NCBI GenBank assembly: GCA_051294905.1
Contig: CM119372.1
Span: 372,001-436,000 of the forward strand
Length of the DNA stretch: 64,000 nt
Direction of reading: 5' to 3'
From: Botryllus schlosseri
Lineage: Eukaryota
Of this stretch, positions 37,801 to 48,700 are shown one piece after another (the first letter of the stretch is position 1; each line of letters begins with the position of its first letter). The translations under genes and the position numbers were made by a program. The notes under the pieces were generated by a model. It searched no databases and was not told the origin of the DNA. It worked only from the letters and a program-made list of their open reading frames with translations.

Positions 37801-40800
37801 TACTTGCAAGTGTTGAAAAGTGATTAAATCTGTCTCTATAGTTTCGCATTTTGAAAAGTGAGTATAGTTCTAATTGCGAGTTATGAAAAGGGATTATTTA
37901 TAATTCTTGTTCCAACATAGAAAAGTGAGTAGTTACGACTAGAACAAAGCAGTCATAGCAAAATACGAACGTATAGCAGTTTATGAAACTATTCAATCGG
38001 CCAATCATCGTAATTTTGCCAATTCCCTTGTTTGCGAAAAAAGATGTTGATAGAATATAACCAAACTTACAGTGATACGCCGTTATTAGTATTATTATTA
38101 TTATTATGTATATAGCCTTGATAGTTGCGTATTCAAGTGAAGAGCAAGGGTATGGATTTTGAGCTAACATTTTGGAATCATTTGACTTGTCCGGCCCGCA
38201 AGTGCTCTGAAGGTTTGAATCCGGCCCGCGGTGCGAGTTGAGTTTGACACCCCTGCTTTACACGAATCTCTGCTCACCGTGTGCAGAACCGACTGCCTGA
38301 CGGAATATTTCCTTCCGACCAGCTGCAAAGGGGTCGGGATCTCCGTGAAGTTGTTTCCGGGCGTAATGATGGCGGCTTTGTACGAGTCCATGTTGATCAC
38401 GTTGATACTGATGATGACGTCGCACACGTAGATACCGAACGGCAGCAACACGCACACAAAGATGCCCGCCGCAAAATAGAATGGTTCTTTGGAGAGGCTG
38501 GAGATTTTACGTTCCATGCTCTTTTTCTGTGAATATCATCGTGACCATTGTGTTTGTGGTGCCGTAATGACGACGGTCTTACCTTTTTCTCGACTGGATT
38601 TTCTTGATAGGGCGGAGGCGCCTCGATTCCTAAAGCAAATACGTGTAGAATATTTATATAATATTTGTATAGGGTTGTTCAGACATAACTTTTTTTTCAA
38701 ATATTACTGGCTGATAAAATTGTTACGTTGGATAAAAAAACGCTGCACACTGAATTTGAATCATTTCTAACCAGTAGGAGCGGAGCTATGAGAGGAAAAG
38801 CTGCAATACGGCTTTAAACCTTACTATGACTGCAGACTTGTACAAACTACTGTATTTTCAAAATGCGCAACTATAGAACTAGAAGTAGAACTACTCACGT
38901 TTCAAAATCCGCAACTATAACTATAACTACTCATTTTTTTTAAACTGGCAACTAGAACTACTCAATTTTTAAAATCCCAACTATAACTATAACTAGGCCT
39001 ACTAATTTAAAAAAAAAATGGCAACTAGAACTACTCAGTGTACGTTTAAATCAATTCTCTGACGTTTTGGAAATGCGCCTCAAGCTAGATGCCATATTTT
39101 TTTTAAATGTCGGCCAGAATATTTCGGGGTTATTGGTTTTATCGGTATCGGCTTTGAAATCCGATATCGGTCGGGCTCTACCCGCGATGACAGCATACGA
39201 CAGAACCAGCTTTCAATGGCAAATGTCGTCTCTTTACGCGAGCGAATGCCAAATTCAGTTTTTAAGCACTGAAATTACACTCTCCTTGCCATTAAGATTT
39301 AATTTATCAACGAGAATTATTGTTTCGATATCATTTTCCGCTGTGGAAGGCTGTCAGCCTCGATTGGTCGTATCGCAGCATACGAAACTTGTAGTACAAA
39401 GCTACGTACTGGGTATGACGTATCTGTGAAGTCGTGATCAACCCACACCATTGTCACAAAGCGTAATGAAATAGGGATGGTTAAAATAATACCAAATTAT
39501 CTATAAAGTGATGTAGAATTGGCATTATATTCTCGGTGGTAGCATAAAAGGAAGGCTACATATTTGAACTTTATACACCTTACATACTGTTATGACATCA
39601 TAATTGATACTAGAATACTTGACTCAAAGCCTATATACTCAATTCAGAATCGAATCAGTCAGTTACTCGATATTGTCAAGTCCTAATCGTAATTGGTGTA
39701 AAAATTCAGCAACAGAATGCTAAAAAAAATCGACTTCTCGCACAAACCTCGTTCCGATTCTGCCTTTTCCGATTTTCTATTCCTTTCTAAACTTTCTTCT
39801 TCTTCTATATTCTTCTTTTTTCTCGGCTTTTTCTCCCCGTTCTGAAACAGATTGTCGTTATGGAAAATTGCAATGATAATTATTGGCATATATCGGAAGA
39901 TGATCATGAATGACTAATTTTGAACATTTTCCCACCCAAAATTACGTAATTCAGGTATTCGTTTTCAAAAATATAAGGCGTAAGGAGAGGTGAGGCACAG
40001 AAGGGTCAAGCCTCATTGATAGCACAATTCGTCATAAACAACTCGGAATTTATATTAACTAACATTAATCGAATGCTGCTGTCGCACTGACTCCGAAAAT
40101 TCGAATATTAATAACGTCATAGGACCAGAATCCCTGCAAAGCCGCCAAATCATGCGGAATTCGGCTTTCTGCCGCACAATGACAGCGCAGTGTAAAGTGA
40201 TAAACATATTAATTTGCCTCGAATATGAGCCTAATAATCTGACAAGTTACGAGTCATTTCGTTATGACATGCGACAAGTATGAGTCAAGTTATTTGAAAA
40301 ACGTGACTCGAGTCATCCCAATAGTGCCACAATGATGGCCATCTATGGTTTAAAAGAATTATATATTTACGAAGGAAGAATCTGAATTTGAATTTGATCA
40401 ATCGGTGTCAGAATCCGATACTGCTGTCCGGAGTGACACGCCCAATCATATTAGCATCAAGTTGTACACAATTAAATTAGGTATTCGTAATAAATATCAT
40501 GCAAAATATGTTCAGAAGCAGACAAATTGTATGAACATTTTTCGAACTTTTCGCAGAAAAATCAGGATAATTGAGCCGAGAAAATAGTACGAAGTCAACA
40601 CAGAACCTACCTCATCGACTTCGATCTCAGTATCGAGGTCATCTTCGCTGAACCTGTTCTCTGTAACACAAGAGAGACTTGGAGTATTTCTTCAGAGTAT
40701 GAGAGTATTATTCCGCTCCCACAGACTTGGACAACTTGATCATTCTAGTTGTCTAATTCGACTAATTAGGGATAAACGCCGATAATCTAATTCTTATCTA

Positions 40801-41160
40801 ATTTGTGAAATGTTTCTATGCTCTCATGTTAAATATATTTTAATTTCTGCTTTTCCCTAAAATGCTACAAGAGAACTGTATCGTGTAAAACGAGCCATAA
40901 TCTTGGTGTACATGCATTTGTGATTCACGCGCTAACGAGAATCAATTATGATTTGATATGAAGTGAACTTGAGTTCTGTTGTAATTCTTTCCAATTCGGA
41001 ACATATTTCAAGTTCCGAGTGTTTGCGAATTCAGTAAATTCTAATCTAATTTGAAAAAAAAACTGTGTAGCTATCATTCTAATTCTCATGTAATTTGGAG
41101 AATTTGAAAATTTTCCCTACCCGGTGCCGGGTCCGCGGATGTTTCCTCCTGTGGCGCCAT
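28886..41160 (-). CDS. Uncharacterised multi-pass (about six TM) membrane protein, 546 aa, 12 exons
   Basis: Exons (minus): 41121-41160, 40611-40660, 39748-39841, 38583-38629, 38278-38526, 37281-37404, 35566-35760, 34423-34608, 33376-33574, 32160-32265, 29412-29591, 28886-29056. All GT-AG with matching phases, 1641 nt from ATG to TGA. Acidic/basic N-terminus with PPPY, TM1, a large loop with RKRISR and a Thr/Ser-rich tract, five more hydrophobic segments, and an acidic tail. The first short exons are the least certain. Confidence 0.8.
30114..31944. mobile_element. TIR element (family L) containing a family K element (30534-31743) and further nested MITEs
   Basis: Outer TIR AGGGCGGAGATGATAAAGT...ACTTTATTATCTCCGCCCT; inner TIR TAGGGCAAGTTTTTG...CAAAAACTTGCCCTA. 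Confidence 0.75.
31173..31505. mobile_element. hAT MITE
   Basis: TIR CAGTGGTTCCCAAC...GTTGGGAACCACTG; perfect 8-bp TSD GAATAGAC; GGGGGCGA subterminal repeats. Confidence 0.9.
32479..33045. mobile_element. hAT-like MITE family A
   Basis: TIR TAGGGTTGTAA...TTACAACTCTG; TSD CTTCTATA/CTTGTATA. Further copies at about 23195-23666 and 43440-44013. Confidence 0.85.
36308..37086 (-). mobile_element. Second copy of the family J deleted hAT transposon
   Basis: Colinear with 6895-7702; remnant PTAASVGLSFSIL...RDFLPEN; imperfect TSD. A partial third copy lies at about 20338-20530. Confidence 0.8.
40721..41110. repeat. MITE family D (CAGACTTGGAC end; TTCTAATT/AATTAGAA arrays), representative copy
   Basis: Similar copies at about 600-980, 12730-13060, 16890-17190, 19380-19640, 20550-20750, 29090-29370, 37440-37720, 44170-45080, 48585-49270. 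Confidence 0.75.
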
Positions 41161-42792
41161 ATTTTGAAGTATTTCAGGGCTTATCTTATTTCTGATTTTG
41201 AAAACCGATTTGAAATAGTCAATGCATACTTTGCTACAAAGCTACATTGAAATTGCGTACGAATCACTCTCAAGTAAGGTTAGCACATTGGTACGAGTAC
41301 TCGGATGAGAATCGTGTTTTCATTCTAATGATTCGTGTCGAGTAGTGAGAGATGATTTTGCGAGCACTGAAATGATATAGGTCCTACGCTCCTTGCTACC
41401 AAGAGTTAATTTATCAACGAAAATTATAGTTTCGATACTATTTTCCCTTGAGGAAGCCTTGAAACCTCGATTTGCCGTATCACATCATACGAAGCATGTA
41501 GTATAAATCTGCGCAAATTAGTGGAAATTACATATCTGTGAAACATGATCAACCAACAGCATTGTCATAAAGTGCAATGAAATAGGTACGGTCGAAAAAT
41601 ACCAAATTATCTTGAATGTGATGTAGAACTGGCGTTATATTCTTTGTGGTCGCATAAAAGGTTCATATTTAAACTTTCCACGTCATTTCTAATATGGTAA
41701 CGTCATCATAATGCTGAAATACTCGACTCTGATTAGAATCACTCGAGCACTCGATTTTGACCAGCCCTAGTCAGACTTCGTATGTTAGAATTCTAGCAAG
41801 CTGATATCCTGAAACGCGAACAGACTATAACTGACTGATCCTCCATCAACTGAATCTGATGACCGCCAAAACCGGCAGAGCGAGATTGTCGACTATATAT
41901 AAAGTTAACCTTCTCGCCGCATTCACGATGCTGTAAAGCGCGTCAAAACTACTGCGATCTGTCTCTGCGGGTTACTTTGCATGGCCGCGGGCTATTCGCG
42001 TATCTTTTCATTTTTGGCATCAGATGTTGCGAGATTCTGGATCAAAACAAAGCCTTGCAAGGTCACAGACGACATCAATTTCGACTGAAAGCCATTTGCA
42101 TTATAGTGTGCAATGTGCATAGAATTGCCGAAATCCGGATTTCGAGCCGACGACGATAACTAGCATCTTCACCGATAGTCTCAAGATAACCGGACCTCGA
42201 TCTGACATATCAACCTCGCCTATCGACACATTCATTTTCGTCACTAGTCGTTTTATAGCATCCCTTATGCCTGTATGCCTTTTATATTTACATTCACCAT
42301 ATAGGCCAAAGTGCATGAGTGTCTGGTTGATAACCGCGTTGTCGTATCTCGCACTTCGTAATTATCCTTTAAAAAACCTATTCTCATTTGTCTAATTAGA
42401 CTAGTTTGAGCGAATTAGAATTCAGTAATTCCAATTGAAATCTAATTTGGAAAAATTGGTGTAGCTATCATTTCAATTCCACTCTAATTTCCACTCTGCC
42501 CATAAGCTATCTGGCCAAGACCTCTTTCCCCTTCAAAGAATGCAAGTTGCTGACCGGAACTTTAAATTGTATTGATTAAATGCAAGGTACGTGCACCATA
42601 CTACCGAGAAGCGAAATAAAAGTAAAACAAGGCGAAGCACGCGATGATCGCCCGTCGGAGTAGAAATAAATTAATTTGATTCCAGTGAGGCAAAACGCAG
42701 GGGGGCAAACTGACAGCGCCAAATACTCTCGCAGGCGCGATCTAGGTTCAGTTGCAATGGCAATGAGTTGTGCTGGTAGTTTGAACGGGAGT

Positions 42793-45700
42793 TCACGATC
42801 CACCAGACGTTGTGATGGGTTGGAACCTGGGTAAGGCGAGTCCGAACTTGCGTTCAACTCCGGCGAACGTGGCCGCGGCTAACTTGTACCCACCCACGTG
42901 GTCGGGGCTGACCGGGGGCAGATCGGAAACGTGGACGAACTTGGGGGTGTGTTGCGAGCCTGAAAATAGGGAATTTCGATGTAAACGAGAAAAGGATTAG
43001 GAATGGTCATATATAGAAAAATATTTTAAAATATTTTTAAAAATGAAACTTGAATGTGACAAAAAATGAAAAAACTAGACAATAGTCGAGAATCTGAAAT
43101 GAGAATCGAAAAAAAATGTGAAAAATAGTGCGAGAAAATGAAAAAAATAGTGAAAACGTACCGATGGGTTTGCTGCCCCCGAAATCGACGTCGAAGAATC
43201 GCTGTAGAAGCTCGTAGGTAAGGAGCGTCACCCCAAATTGGGGCGAGGATCGGAACACGCGGGCCGGGGCTCCCTTCCAGAACGCGGTGAAACCTTCCTC
43301 GGCGTACACCTGCACAATGAGTACACAAATGCAAACAGCATTAGACAGAAGTAGTCAAAGTGGCTACTCAAGTAGACATAATGCCGTGACGCCGTAGAAG
43401 TACTGGTAGTGCAAAATTTGATTCTGTCAATATCACCAGAGAGATTCACAGAAGTGAGTTGAGCCTGACTCGGACTCGGACCAGAGTCTCATCACTACGA
43501 CTTGACTCGAGTCAAAACTATAAAGTCAAATTGACTAGGAACCTAGTGGTAAAGTCCCAGTCATAGTCAGCGATGAGCGGGTCGAGTCCGAGTCATGGTA
43601 TTATGACTCGAGGTCGAGTATAAGTCATTGTGTTGACTGCTCAGTTTCCAATTAAAGTCTTGCTAAACCCACTTTTTATAACTCTGTTTGGTGATATCGA
43701 ATGGTTCGCGTTTATAATACACTAATTTTACTCAATTTTAGAAGTTTCTGGTCACATTTTCAAGTGCCAGTACCAAGAGACGAAATCCCAATAGTGTGGT
43801 CACTTTACTATTCTTCGAAATTACAGTGAAATGTCGGTCTTTGCCGTCTGAGTCTCGATTCATATGACGTGGTTCGAGTCATGCGCAATGACTCAATTCC
43901 GAGTCGAGTCAATACACAGATTGACTCGAGTCGAATCATTTCCGTATTTTGAGAAAATGACTCGAGTCAAGTCGAGTCATCAGAAAATCGTGACTCGAGT
44001 CATTACAACCCTGTTTGAGACTCACCCTTTTGAAGCAATCTCTCATGTTCTTGTACGGCAACTCCCCGGGTTTGGGCTTCACCTGCAGTCTGGTTTTCAC
44101 GACGTCGGCCGGGGTCGTCAAGGAAGCCGCTGGGGCGCCTGAACCGGAGATAGATCCGTTGTACATTTGCATATTTTCAAAGTTAGATTACAATTGAAAT
44201 TATAGCTATAGTTTTTTTTTTCCAAACTAGATTAGAATGATAGCTTGTTTTTTCCACATTAGATTCGAATTAGCATTATCGCTACAGTTTTTTACTGCAA
44301 ATTAAATTACAATTACTGTATATGCAAAAACTTAGGGCTCTTCTTCGATATACCCCCCCTAGATCAAAATTTATTAATGGAAAAATAAAATTCTTTTTGT
44401 GTTTGGGATTGGATTGGAGTTGTGGGTGCTGGATATTAGGGTTGGAAGTGGGTTAGGGTTAGGGTATCCCAATATTAGGGCTGTGGGTGGGAGATATTAG
44501 GGTTGGAAGATGACAGATGGGAGGGTTGGGGGATAAAATATATTAGGGTTGTGGGTTTCGGACGTTAGTTGGGGATTTTATCACATCTAACCTAATATCC
44601 CTCACGCCGAGCCCTAATATACGTCATTCACACAACCCTAATATCTGCCATCCCCTAACCCTAATATCTTTCACCCACAACCCTAATATTGGGATACCCT
44701 AACCCCAACCATAACCAGAACCTACTTCCAACCCTAATATTTCGTATCCAACATGAAGAAAGAATTTATTTTTCCGTTTATAAATTTTGATCTCGGGGGT
44801 ATATCGAAGAAGCGCCAAACTTGGACGTTGATATAAAATCCGAATTGAATAGAAATACAACAGTTGAGTTCATATCAAATCAGGGTCGAATCTCATAACC
44901 ACGAGAATCACCAATGTCTGTGCAACAAGCTTGGTTCCTTTCGCACGATACCGTTCTCTTGTCGCATTTTCAGGAAAACCAGGAATTAGATTAGAATTAC
45001 GAGGAGGGCATAGAAACAATTCACAAATAGCATTACAAGCGTTTTGCGCTAACTAGAATAATTAGACAAGAATTGAGCGAGTTGTCTGTGAAGGCTGAAA
45101 ACAAATGGTGAAAACAAATGTCCATACCTGCCAAGGTCCCTGCCAACAAGAGGTTAGCGGATGAGACATGCCCGTCCTCCTTGGCAAAGTACTTCTTCAG
45201 GTGAGCGTACGCAGTGAAGTAGATCGACGAGAAGGGGATGTCTCGTAGAAAACATGCTCGAGCGCCCTGTCATGATTTGAGTCGTCTAGTCTGGAACTAT
45301 ACACGACTACGCGCTTGTACAAACCACCGATTTGGATAGTTGACAGTCCACTAACTACTGATTTTTGAGAAGTCAGTACCGTAGTTCTAGCGCTAGTTGT
45401 ACATTAGCGCTGTTCAACAAAAAATTTACCTTCAGATTTCACTGGCTACTTGATACAATTGTTAGGTTGGTTACAAAAACGCTGCACACCAACTTTGGCT
45501 CAATTGCAACCATTAGAAGCGAGATTCGTGCAGTAGAAAGTTTTGAATTTATCGTTAAAAAACAAAAAAAAATATCAAAATCTTTCTGTCGACCCCATGA
45601 AATTGTTGGGCTGTCAGTAGAGGTGCTGCACACCAAATTTGGCTCAATTCCAACCACTAGAAGCGAAGTTATTGCAATAGAAACATTTCTAATTCCATGA

Positions 45701-48700
45701 TTTTATGATAATTAATCTACGAGTTAGTCACCGTAAATCAGGGCCGGCCAACCCGTGGCCCGCGAGAAGGTTTTGAGTGGCCCGCGAGGTAATTTCCGAA
45801 ATTTCTAATGTTATCAAAAATGAATTGGGGCAATTCCCTGCACAGAAAACCGATGTTACCACCACTACCTCTTCGAATCTCCTGAAATTTGGTACACGCA
45901 CAGATGAGCTAATTCCAAACAGGATGAACTTTATTTTATGAAAATTGGACTTTTGGGTCAAAAGTTACGTCACTTTGAAAATTGACAATTTTCTGCTCAT
46001 TTCGGGTCTGCGATTTTAGGTTTTATCAATGCAATATTCAAGAAGGTGTAGCTAGATGTTAGACGACAGTTGAGATACGGCACTTGGAATCATCTGAAGC
46101 TTGTCTGATCGTCTATATTTCCAAGTGAAATTTAATACCCTGTAGGTTAGGGGTCAAAGGTTAAATTGAGGGGGAATTTGGTCAATGGTCTAAAATCAGT
46201 CAGGCGTTACGCGATTTAGACTGCGGATTGCTCAAAACATATTAAAATATTTTGGAAAATTGGGTCTTAAATGAAAGTTTGCTTCAGGGGGACTTCGTTC
46301 ACAGCTGTTTGATTTTGGCTTTTAAACTGTAAAGTGATGAAATTGCAGTTTGAAGAGCACACTTCATTTGCACATGGAAATTCAGTAGTAGTAGGGTGTG
46401 TTCGGACATCGAGTCTGGGATGTGTGTGGACATCATGTCTGGGGTGTGTTCCGACATCATGTATTGGGTGTGTTCGGACTGTGTTGCCATTCGAACATCG
46501 TGTCTGGGGTGAGTTCGGACTATGCTGTCTTAACATCTCCAGTTTACCATATTTGTTTACAAAGCTAACTGAAATTGCTAAAGAAATCGTGAATCAACCC
46601 ATAGGTTAGTTATCTACAGTTCAAAACCATTTACCGTACCTTGTAAAGTCCGCTAAATCCGAGTTCTTTGATCACGGAGATGGCCGAAACTTTGGGTCCG
46701 GTTGTGATTTCCCCCGCAACTTGGAGTCGAATTTTTACGATTTCCAAGGGATTCGTAAAAACGACTTGCGACGCGCCTGCCTGTTAAACAATGCATTCGT
46801 TTGGGGGCTGTTTGCACGGATTGTTATGACTCGAGTCATTTTCTGTCATAAATCAACAAACAACCTGACTTGGACTTGACTCGACTCAAAATTATAAAAG
46901 TCAGATTTACTTGATCGATTGGCTGTTAAGTGGATGTGTTCGAATGAGAGAGTGTCAGCCGATAATATTCGGGTTCATTTCAATATGAATATACTATTCA
47001 ATTGTATATTGAAGTTGTGTGCCTCCGAGAAGATTTTCTAAATTCCAATTTACTTTTTGCAGGCGGGTCTGTATGTCAAAGGAAAACAAAATAAAACATA
47101 TTGACTCACACAACCACCAGCGACGATCTCCCCGAATAACGGGACTTCTCCGTCTCGCCTCAAAAGGTCTCGAACAAGATCGTTCATCTGTCAGAGAGAG
47201 AGTGAGAAGCAGTGGCTCACACAGGTGATAAAAATAACCAACCGTGAGCTTGATGGCTTTCTCCGGTCCGACCCCGATAAGCTGCGGGATGAGACCTCGA
47301 TACAAACCAACAGTACCTTCGTGACGGATCACCTGGAATTGCAAAAAACTTTCGGAAAATTTTCAACTAAAACAAATTTCAAAAGTCGGCTTCGACGGTA
47401 CCTTGAAGAAACAATCGAAGATGTTCCAATATAGGGGTTTGGGCAAAAAACTTCAAAAACATTCAAAAAATTTCAAAAATATATCATCAAAATTTCCAAT
47501 TCCAATTTTTCTACTAGAAACATTTCGTAAAAGTAAAAAATTCCAATTTTGAAATTTTTTTAAATGTCCAATAAAAATCTCCCGAATTTTTTTAAATATA
47601 GTCCTGTATGTACCTTGAAGAAACAATCGAAGCTGTTCCGATACATGAGCTCCTGAATATGGTGACCCGTCGATCGCTGGTTCTGCATCCTGGTTTTGAC
47701 AAGATCGATCGGATAAACGGCAGTCGCCCCACAACCTGAACAGAAATAACGATGTAATGTTCTGTGTGTCGTCACAAAGAGGTCGCCATACCTCCTGCAA
47801 TCACCCCCAGGCTGAACCGATACATGTTCTCGAAAATAGCATAGTAGAATGGCCTTTGGTTCTGAATGACCTGCAAAGGCAAAAAGATTCAATTGTATAT
47901 TGAAGTTCTGGACCTCTTCCAGCAAATACCAGTTGAAATCGAGCCAAATATGGTATGCAGCGTTTTTTTAGGCAACCTAACAATTTAATTGGTGAATCCT
48001 CGGAATCACGAAGAAAAAGTTATTATTCAACTACCCTATTGTACACTTTGTCTTCAAGTAGTTTTTAGTTGGGTTTGCATCAGTTTTACAAGTGAAATTG
48101 TCGTAAAAACCTACAAAACTGCCTCTGCGACACAGCAACCGAATCTATTTATGCGGATTTGTAGCGTCTCATCAGCTAAATACACTTTCTGAAGTTACTT
48201 CTACTTGAATTACTTGTGAAGTAATGCATTTTCTACTTCCACTTCAAGCAGTTTTGACACATCTTAGGAATGGCTACCTTGACGTCTACTTGAGCATAAA
48301 TTTAGAGCGTTACTTCTATTTCTACCTGACCACCTCTAAAGATGAGAAGCTAACCTCTTGCTGCGCGGCGATATTGTACGGCATGGATCCTTCCTCCATG
48401 GCTGTAATCTCATCCAGCTCTTCCATCGTCACGCGACCTTTCCTCTTGCCGGCCAGCATGGCGAGATTGAACAGGATGTCGGCCTCCATTGGGGTGATTC
48501 TGCTGACTCGCTGCGCGGCGACGATGAATTCCTCTGCGTGAAATACAATCTTAGAATCCTGAACAGTTCAGATCGAACCACTCCACAGACTTGCACTAGT
48601 GGGTAATTCTAGTTGGCTCCTTATACTAATTGAAGCGAAATACTGGTGATCTAAATCTAATCGAGTTTGTGAAAATTCTAATTCAATCTAATTTGGAAAA

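Noticed and set aside
44400..44745. Interstitial telomere or chromosome fusion site
   Set aside because: Motifs are degenerate and enclosed by TIRs and an 8-bp TSD, so this is a MITE
46393..46525. CRISPR-like array
   Set aside because: Units are contiguous with no unique spacers, there are no cas genes, and it lies in a spliceosomal intron
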